Below, piece by piece: positions 55,477-64,000 of a DNA stretch of 64,000 nt. Both the position numbers and the translations under genes were made by a program. Below the pieces are notes generated by a model, which saw only the letters and a list, made by a program, of their open reading frames with translations, made no database searches and was not told where the DNA came from. How positions within the stretch are numbered: the stretch's first letter is position 1; each line of letters opens with the position of its first letter. The stretch spans positions 69,778 to 133,777 of the forward strand of contig DAISRJ010000001.1 in NCBI GenBank assembly GCA_036828955.1. The letters are read 5' to 3'. Origin of the DNA: Candidatus Dormiibacterota bacterium (GTDB taxonomy: Bacteria; Chloroflexota; Dormibacteria; Aeolococcales; Aeolococcaceae).

Positions 55477-56907
55477 ATGCTGACCCGCGACGTTCTGCGT
55501 GACCTCGAGAGGCAGGTTGGGACCTCACACGTGTACACGCGTCCGGCCGACCTCGCGGCCTACGCCTACGACGCGTACGGGGCCTCAGGTCTGCGCCGGG
55601 TCGCCGAGGCGGTCGTCTTCCCGGGGTCGACCGACGAGGTCGCCGGCGTCGTGGCGGTCTGCGCCCGGCATGGCGTTGCCGTGGTTCCCCGTGGCGCCGG
55701 CACCGGCTACGCCGGCGGGGCGGCTGCCGACGGCGGCGTGATCCTCAACCTCTGCCGCATGACCCGCGCCGGCGCGCTCGAGCTCGAGGCGCAGCGCCTC
55801 GCCGTGGAGGCCGGGGTGGTCACCGCCGAGGTCCATGCGCGGGCGTCGGCGGCCGGCCTCTACTACCCACCCGACCCCGGGTCGTCGAGCACGTCCACCA
55901 TCGGCGGCAACGTCGCCTGCAATGCCGCCGGGCCCCACGCCCTGCGCTACGGGCCCACCAGCGACTACGTCGTGGGGCTCACCGCCGTGCTCGCCGACGG
56001 GCGGGTCCTGCGTCTCGGCGAAGGAGCAGACGCGCCGCAGCTGATCCCCCTCCTGTGCGGGTCCGAGGGCACCCTGGCGGTGATCACCGAGGTGCTGCTC
56101 CGTCTCATCCCCGCGCCGGAGGCACGGGCCACGCTCGCCGCCACCTTCAGCGACATCGGCGGGGCCGCCGCGGCGGTCGCCGCCATCGCCGGCGCAGGAA
56201 TCGTGCCCGCGGCCCTGGAGTTTCTCGACCGTGCCGCCCTCGACGCAATCGCCGCCACCGGAGCCGGAGCGGTTGCGCCGGGCGCCGGCGCGCTGCTCAT
56301 CGTCGAGGTCGAGGGCGCCGCCGCGGACGTCAATGCCCAGGGTGAGGCCGTGCGCGGCGCGCTCAGCTCGGCCGCCGCGCTGACGATCGACCATGCCACC
56401 AGCGCCGTCGAGGCGGCCAGGTTGTGGAAGCTGCGCAAGTCGGTCAGCGCGGCGGTCGCCAAGGTGCGGATCGGCAAGGTCAACGAGGACGTCGTGGTGC
56501 CGCGCGACCGCGTCGCCGAGCTCGTCGAGCGAAGCCGCCAGATCGGGGCCGCCAACGAGCTCGGCGTGGTGACCTTCGGACACCTCGGGGACGGCACCAT
56601 CCACGCCACGTTCCTCATCGACCCGCGCGTGCCCGGGGACCGCCTCAGCGCGGCCGCCGCCGCCGAGCAGCTCTTCGACACGGTGCTGGCGATGGGCGGA
56701 TCACTCAGCGGCGAGCACGGGGTGGGCACTGCCAAGCTCGCGTTTGTCGAGCGCCAGCTCGGCAGCGAGCAGGTGGCGCTGATGCGACGCATCAAGTTCG
56801 CTTTCGACCCGGCCGGAATCCTCAACCCCGGCAAGAAGATTCCCGCGGACACCGGGGCGACGGTCGCGCTCGAGAGGCCGCAGGTGGAGGCGGTCGCTGC
56901 GTCCTGA
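55477..56907 (+). CDS. FAD-linked oxidase (glycolate oxidase GlcD-like)
   Basis: Start MLTRDVLRDLERQVG. FAD-binding VVPRGAGTGYAGGA. C-terminal GSLSGEHGVG. The track ORF from 54232 is an antisense-overlap artefact. Confidence 0.88.
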   Translation: MLTRDVLRDLERQVGTSHVYTRPADLAAYAYDAYGASGLRRVAEAVVFPGSTDEVAGVVAVCARHGVAVVPRGAGTGYAGGAAADGGVILNLCRMTRAGALELEAQRLAVEAGVVTAEVHARASAAGLYYPPDPGSSSTSTIGGNVACNAAGPHALRYGPTSDYVVGLTAVLADGRVLRLGEGADAPQLIPLLCGSEGTLAVITEVLLRLIPAPEARATLAATFSDIGGAAAAVAAIAGAGIVPAALEFLDRAALDAIAATGAGAVAPGAGALLIVEVEGAAADVNAQGEAVRGALSSAAALTIDHATSAVEAARLWKLRKSVSAAVAKVRIGKVNEDVVVPRDRVAELVERSRQIGAANELGVVTFGHLGDGTIHATFLIDPRVPGDRLSAAAAAEQLFDTVLAMGGSLSGEHGVGTAKLAFVERQLGSEQVALMRRIKFAFDPAGILNPGKKIPADTGATVALERPQVEAVAAS

Positions 56908-56912
56908 CGGGG

Positions 56913-58124
56913 ATGCCGCCGTCCGGCTCCCACCTGAGGCGCGAGGGCACGAGCGTCGCGCTCGCCCTGGTGGCCTTCGCCTTCGCCGTGGCGGCCCTTG
57001 GAGCAACGCTGCCGACGCCGATCTTCCCGCTGTACGAGCGCCAGTTCGGCCTCTCGACCGCCGCTGTCACCGTCGTCTTCTCGACGTATGCGATCGCCGT
57101 GGTCGTGACCCTGCTGGTGGCGGGCGGGGTCTCGGACAGGGTCGGCCGAAAGCCGGTTCTCATCCCCGGGCTGCTCCTCTCGGGGGCCAGCGCGGTGGTG
57201 CTCTTGACGGCGCAGGGCACGGCGGCGCTGTACATCGGTCGAGTCCTGTCCGGGCTGTCGGTTGGCCTGTTCGCCGGCACCGCCACGGCCATGCTCGTCG
57301 ACCTGGCACCGCGTGGTCGTCGTGAGGTCGCCACCTCCATCGCGGTGGCCGCGAACATCGGTGGCCTCGGCCTCGGCAACCTTGTCAGCGGGTCACTCGA
57401 TGAGTGGGTCCCGCACCCGACCCGCACGCCCTTCGCCGTCGACCTCGGGCTGCTTGCCCTGGCGTTGGCAGCCCTGATGATCGCCCCCGAGACCGTGCGT
57501 CGCAGGCCGTCAGGCGTGATCCTGAGGCTGGCTCGGCTGCGCGTGCCCTCGGAGATCCGGGGGCTCTTCTGGCAGGCGGCCATCGCGGGCTTCTGCGGCT
57601 TCGCCGTGTCCGGGCTCTTCGGCGCCGTGGCGCCATCGGTGATGGCGCAGCTGCTCGGTGTGCAGAGCCACGTCCTGGCGGGACTTGTCGTGGCGCTGCT
57701 GTTCTTCGCGTCCGCAGCCGGTCAGGTCACCACCCCGCGATTGAACAACCACACCGCGCTCATGGCAGGTTGCATCTGCCTGATCGGCGGACTTGCGCTG
57801 CTGGCGGCGGCATTCCTGCTCCACTCCTTTGCCATCCTGGTGCTCTCGGCGGTCGTCGCCGGTGCCGGACAGGGACTGACGGTCGGCGGCGGCCTCGCGG
57901 CAGTGGTCGCGCGTGCCGCCCCAGGGCTTCGTGGGGAGGTTGCCTCGACCTATTTCGTCGTGACCTACGTCGGCCTGGTCATCCCCGTCATCGGCGATGG
58001 CTTGGCCACCGGCGCGCTCGGTCTCGAGAACGCCGGGCTGGCGTTCACAGCTGTCCTCGGGGCGCTCGTCATCGCGGTGGCGGCAACGCTGCGCCGCTGG
58101 CGAGGAGTCGCGACGGCAGCGTGA
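56913..58124 (+). CDS. MFS transporter
   Basis: ATG at 56913, 6 nt after the GlcD stop. GGVSDRVGRKP loop motif. About 12 TM. Confidence 0.8.
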   Translation: MPPSGSHLRREGTSVALALVAFAFAVAALGATLPTPIFPLYERQFGLSTAAVTVVFSTYAIAVVVTLLVAGGVSDRVGRKPVLIPGLLLSGASAVVLLTAQGTAALYIGRVLSGLSVGLFAGTATAMLVDLAPRGRREVATSIAVAANIGGLGLGNLVSGSLDEWVPHPTRTPFAVDLGLLALALAALMIAPETVRRRPSGVILRLARLRVPSEIRGLFWQAAIAGFCGFAVSGLFGAVAPSVMAQLLGVQSHVLAGLVVALLFFASAAGQVTTPRLNNHTALMAGCICLIGGLALLAAAFLLHSFAILVLSAVVAGAGQGLTVGGGLAAVVARAAPGLRGEVASTYFVVTYVGLVIPVIGDGLATGALGLENAGLAFTAVLGALVIAVAATLRRWRGVATAA

Positions 58125-58139
58125 CCGGCCGGCCCGCGG

Positions 58140-58472
58140 CTACTCAGCGCTGAGCAGCGCGCCCACGAAATCGGTCTGTCCCACCCGCGCCGCGAGGTCG
58201 TGCCCCGATTCGTCCATGTCGAGGGCAGCGTCGTAGACGAACGAGTACACGCTCTCCATGTCCCACCCCCCGAAGCCCAGCTCGGCAAGGACGGCACCCA
58301 GCCGCGCGTCGGTGCGCCCCGCCTCCAGCGTCTCGGCCGCTGCCGTGTACAGGGCGACCAGGATGCGCAGCTGGGCCTCGTAGTCCTCGATCAGCTCGGG
58401 GTCGGCCTGGCCGGCACGCAGCTTGCCCAGGGTCGCGCGGATCGCTTGGATCTCGAGCTGGTACTCGTCCAC
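58140..58472 (-). CDS. Small acidic helical protein, hypothetical
   Basis: 110-aa ORF downstream of hppA on the same strand. No recognisable motif. Confidence 0.5.
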   Translation of the reverse strand: MDEYQLEIQAIRATLGKLRAGQADPELIEDYEAQLRILVALYTAAAETLEAGRTDARLGAVLAELGFGGWDMESVYSFVYDAALDMDESGHDLAARVGQTDFVGALLSAE

Positions 58473-58508
58473 GTCGCCCCTCCCCGCAGCGGCCGACGCC
58501 GCCCCGCC

Positions 58509-60566
<2,058 letters not shown>

Positions 60567-60675
60567 GCGGTCCTTAGGAATAGGCGGCACTGCAGTGCGC
60601 GGCCGCCACTAGACGAGCCGATGGATTGTACCGGCCGGCGACCTCGCCGCGATTCTGGCGTGTACGCTCGAAGCC

Positions 60676-61485
60676 ATGCCCGAGCCCCCCGCGACCGTGA
60701 TCATCGCGGTCGGCGACGAACTGCTGTCCGGGCACACCCAGGACACCAACTCGGCCTTCCTGGCGGCGCGGGCCTTCGCGTCGGGGTTCCCCGTCCGCCA
60801 CATGGAGGTGGTCCCCGACCGAGTCGAGGACGTCGTCAGCGCCATCCACCGCGCACTCGCCACGCCCGCGGTCTATCGCATCGCCGTCTGCGGCGGGATC
60901 GGCCCCACCCCCGACGACCGCACCTTCGAGGCGGTCGCCCACGCCCTCGACCGGCCGATGGAGGAGAACCCCGTCGCCCTGGCCGGGATCGCCGCCATGG
61001 TCTCGCGGATGCACGCCGCCGGGTGGATTGCCGACAACGTCATCAGCGAGGGCAACCGCCGCTGCGCGATGGTCCCGGCAGGCGGGATCGTCGTGCCCAA
61101 CCGCCGCGGCATGGCGCCGCCCATGGCCTACGAGGTGGAGCCGGGGCGCTGGCTCTTCATCCTGCCGGGCGTGCCCCGCGAGTTCACCACCATCGTCGAC
61201 GAGGAGTTGATCCCGCGCTTCTTCACCGGGGGCACCGCGTCGCGCGTGGTCGAGGTGCGCTACCGAGCGGTGCCCGAGTCCGAGCTGTACGCACCGCTGC
61301 GCCGCCTTGGGGAGGAGTACCAGGACGTGTCCGTGGGCTCATACCCGCAGACCGAGGCGCGGCAGGTGATCGTCCGCCTCACCGGGCTCGAGCGGGCCCG
61401 CGTGGACGCCGCCGCCCGCCGGATGGTGGAGCTCGACGGGCGCGGCGAACCGCTGGGCGCGACGGCGCCCCAGGTCATCCTCTAG
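60676..61485 (+). CDS. CinA-like / MoCF-biosynthesis (molybdopterin-binding) domain protein
   Basis: N-terminus VIIAVGDELLSGHTQDTNSAFLA is typical of the CinA N-terminal domain. Confidence 0.8.
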   Translation: MPEPPATVIIAVGDELLSGHTQDTNSAFLAARAFASGFPVRHMEVVPDRVEDVVSAIHRALATPAVYRIAVCGGIGPTPDDRTFEAVAHALDRPMEENPVALAGIAAMVSRMHAAGWIADNVISEGNRRCAMVPAGGIVVPNRRGMAPPMAYEVEPGRWLFILPGVPREFTTIVDEELIPRFFTGGTASRVVEVRYRAVPESELYAPLRRLGEEYQDVSVGSYPQTEARQVIVRLTGLERARVDAAARRMVELDGRGEPLGATAPQVIL

Positions 61486-61495
61486 ACGAGAGGAG

Positions 61496-61699
61496 TCAGC
61501 CGACCTTTTGGAGGTTGCGGGCCCGCGGCCCCTTGGGGCTGTCGACCACCTCGAAGGTCACCGACTCGCCCTCCTCGAGGCTGTCGAAATCGACGGTGGT
61601 GAGCTCGGTGCGATGGAAGAATGCTTCCGAGCCGTCGTCACCGCGGACAAAACCGAAACCGCGGTCGGGAGAGATCATCTTGATACGGCCAGCCGGCAT
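61496..61699 (-). CDS. Cold-shock protein (CSD)
   Basis: 67 aa. RNP1-like RGFGFV and RNP2-like AFFH. About 154-nt upstream untranslated gap. Confidence 0.92.
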   Translation of the reverse strand: MPAGRIKMISPDRGFGFVRGDDGSEAFFHRTELTTVDFDSLEEGESVTFEVVDSPKGPRARNLQKVG

Positions 61700-61853
61700 G
61701 TGCGCTCCTCCATACGAATCGAGCTGACGTCGAACAATCGGACACGTTCGCGCTGCCGACCCACACGGGGACTGCCCGGGTCAGCACCGGGAACCTGCGG
61801 TCAGCGCGAGCGAGAGCGTGACCGCAAGCGGTGGATCCGTTCCGAGTCGACGC

Positions 61854-63080
61854 TCAGTCGAGAATAGCAGGAGCGTCGCCGCGCTCGGCGTTCCATGATG
61901 CGTGCACGTCGAGCAGCGAGTCGGGAAGGCTCGCGTAGTACGACTCGACGTCGACCGACACCGGGTACGGGGCCGACTCGCCGAGCGCGTGCTCGCGGGC
62001 GACGACAGCATCCCACGCCTCTGCGATCGGCTTGGAAACACCTGTGCTGTCAACAAGTCCCCGCCGTGACAGCCACGGCCTCCGGTCCGCCGGAGCGGCG
62101 TCGGCGAGGCGTTCTCCCCAGTCACACCACGCGCCCGCACACAGGCCGGCGACCCCGGACGCGATGAGCCGCTGCAGCACCTGGTCGGCGGCGCGGAACG
62201 CACCGTGCGGCGATGCGGTGACATGGTCCTGCACCGCTGTGTCACCGGCCTCGGCCTCGACGACGTCGCCGGATGCGATGTCGACCTCCACGGTGAGTGG
62301 TGTCTGCGCGCCGGCGAGGGCCTGGGCGAGCTCGACGGTGAACACCGCGCGGCCGGGGTCGAGCGGGTCACCGGGCAGGGGAAGGCGCTGCGGTTGGAGG
62401 ACCAGGCCGAGCGCGTCAACGTGCGCCGCCATCGCGGCGAGCCTGACCCCGCGGCCGCCGACGACGTCGCCCTGCCCAAGCGTCAGCCGGGACTTCTCAT
62501 CGGCAGCGTGGACGCGTTCGCTGAGCAGGGCCGCCCACGCCGTCATGTCGGCGATCCGGCGGGGGCGGATGGTCGTCGCCGGGTCGTATCCCAGGTCCCA
62601 CGCGGCGATGGCCGGATGGCCGGCGAAGGCCGCCAGCATGGCATCGAGCCAGCGCACCTGCACCTCGAGCATGAGCGGGTCCGTGTAGATGTCGCGCGGC
62701 CCGCCGTCGGCGACGCGCGCATCGGTGACGCAGCGCACACCGCGTCGTGGCGATCGACGCTCGATGGCATACGTGGGCAGCATCACGCAATCGCCGACCG
62801 ACTGCGCAAACAGGGTCAACACCACGCTCAGGTCGAGGTCGCGTGCCGCGCCGAGCAATGTCTCCAACTCGCGCATGCGCCGCGGATTGGGCCCGCGGTC
62901 GGTCGGCATGAACGCGTCCCAGCTGAGCAGGACTCGCACAACCGGCACACGTCGCGCCGCGATGGCGGCGAGGTCGCGCATCACGGTGTCGGCTGGGAAC
63001 TCGTGCCACATGTACGGTCCCACGGCCGCCGGCCAGTAGGTGACCCCGATCTCGACGTGGTCAGAACTGCGACGCTTCAT
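61854..63080 (-). CDS. Putative TIM-barrel glycoside hydrolase-like protein
   Basis: 408 aa. VRVLLSWDAF...VVLTLF pattern resembles GH5/cellulase-like barrels. The assignment is weak. Confidence 0.5.
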   Translation of the reverse strand: MKRRSSDHVEIGVTYWPAAVGPYMWHEFPADTVMRDLAAIAARRVPVVRVLLSWDAFMPTDRGPNPRRMRELETLLGAARDLDLSVVLTLFAQSVGDCVMLPTYAIERRSPRRGVRCVTDARVADGGPRDIYTDPLMLEVQVRWLDAMLAAFAGHPAIAAWDLGYDPATTIRPRRIADMTAWAALLSERVHAADEKSRLTLGQGDVVGGRGVRLAAMAAHVDALGLVLQPQRLPLPGDPLDPGRAVFTVELAQALAGAQTPLTVEVDIASGDVVEAEAGDTAVQDHVTASPHGAFRAADQVLQRLIASGVAGLCAGAWCDWGERLADAAPADRRPWLSRRGLVDSTGVSKPIAEAWDAVVAREHALGESAPYPVSVDVESYYASLPDSLLDVHASWNAERGDAPAILD

Positions 63081-63090
63081 GCGCGCGTCC

Positions 63091-63924
63091 CTAATAGACG
63101 AACAGGTCGATGCCCCCGGCTACGGTGAGCACCTGACCTGTGACGTACCGGGCCTCAGGTGACACCAGGAAGCAGATGGCATGGGCGATGTCCTCCGGCT
63201 CGCCCGCCGTGCGCAGCGCGGTGCGCAACACCATGCGGTCATTCATCTTGGGACTGCCGGCCCTGAACGCCTCGGTGCCGATGATCCCGGGAGCGATGAT
63301 GTTGGCGGTGATACCGAAGCGCGCGCCCTCGAGCGCCATCGACTTGCCGAGGCCGATCAGCCCGGCCTTGGTGGTGGCGTACGACGCCTGCCCGAAGCCC
63401 CCCAGCGTCCCGGCGACCGACGCCATGTAGATGACCCGGCCCCACATCTGCTCGCGCATGTAGGGCCATGCCGCCTTGGTGCAGTGCATCGCGCCGCTCA
63501 GGTTGACGCGCAGGTCGCGCTCCCAGAGGTCCTCGCTCTGGCTCTCGATCTGGCCGACGTGGTCGAGCGTCCCGGCGTTGTTGACGAGGATGTCGATGGA
63601 GCCGAAGTCCTTCTTCACCTGCGCGAAAACCTCGCCCACCTGGTCGCGATCGGTGACATCCATCTTCATGGCGACGGAGCGCCGTCCCATCGCGCGGATC
63701 TCCTCGCTGGTCTGCTCGGAGTAGACGGAGTGCTGCGACGTGAACAGTTGCGCCAGCGCGGAGTTGGCGCCATCAGCCACCCGCTGGATGTCGGGGTCGG
63801 ACTCGAGGAGGATGTCGGTGACGACCACGTCGGCGCCGGCCCGAGCCAGCGCGAGGCAGTCTGCACGGCCGAGGCCGCGCGACCCCCCGGTGACGACGGC
63901 GACCTTGCCGCTGAGGTCGAACAT
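63091..63924 (-). CDS. SDR-family oxidoreductase (FabG-like)
   Basis: Start taken at MFDLSGKVAVVTGGSRGLG (TGxxxGxG). Catalytic YxxxK (YATTKAG). NNAG motif. TTG at 63978 is an alternative start. Confidence 0.85.
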   Translation of the reverse strand: MFDLSGKVAVVTGGSRGLGRADCLALARAGADVVVTDILLESDPDIQRVADGANSALAQLFTSQHSVYSEQTSEEIRAMGRRSVAMKMDVTDRDQVGEVFAQVKKDFGSIDILVNNAGTLDHVGQIESQSEDLWERDLRVNLSGAMHCTKAAWPYMREQMWGRVIYMASVAGTLGGFGQASYATTKAGLIGLGKSMALEGARFGITANIIAPGIIGTEAFRAGSPKMNDRMVLRTALRTAGEPEDIAHAICFLVSPEARYVTGQVLTVAGGIDLFVY

Positions 63925-64000
63925 CTCCCGCACTCCCAGTGGTCTCGAGGTGGTGGGACGGCTGCCGATTATCGCCAAGGGCCTCGCTGTCCCGTCGTCG

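Overview
This is a 64-kb, very GC-rich chromosomal segment. Hand counts on two 100-nt stretches gave about 74% GC in typical genes. The gene content and style look Actinomycetota-like: a class E sortase, many GTG/TTG starts, frequent 1- and 4-nt stop/start overlaps (GTGA, ATGA, TGATG), and -10 boxes right next to start codons. I call about 67 protein genes, one tRNA-Met, one tRNA-like fragment and one ABC-ATPase gene remnant.

Most of the window is housekeeping:
- pepN (cut by the window edge) and aceE
- uppP
- an aminotransferase / aldehyde dehydrogenase / hydrolase operon
- a Liv-type branched-chain amino-acid ABC transporter (livJHMGF)
- a GGDEF cyclase
- GDP-mannose genes and metK
- acyl-CoA carboxyltransferase plus HMG-CoA lyase
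- rnhB and fabF
- several MFS pumps
- an ATP-dependent DNA ligase
- an Mrp/ApbC Fe-S carrier
- a GlcD-like oxidase
- H+-pyrophosphatase and a cold-shock protein

I saw no CRISPR array, IS element, integrase or recognisable phage or defence gene.

The most unusual region is 39.7-45.3 kb. It contains:
- a near-consensus promoter bracketed by an inverted repeat, driving an unannotated 51-codon basic ORF
- a PspA gene carrying a C-terminal PspAA-like extension
- tail-to-tail with PspA (12 bp apart, no terminator), a six-gene translationally coupled operon of unknown function. It encodes one 157-aa protein with a histone-tail-like linker, two paralogous 130-aa proteins sharing a CRHxHAV motif, and three paralogous proteins that each carry two YbjQ/UPF0145 domains.

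Other points worth a second look:
- a secreted 7-repeat C-x5-CWAVG propeller-like protein start-overlapped with aceE
- a lower-GC methyltransferase bracketed by tRNA-Met and a tRNA-like 3' fragment
- an ABC-ATPase C-terminal remnant
- an SD-sequestering inverted repeat upstream of an HD-domain gene

All functional calls rest on motif recognition by eye. No searches were run.
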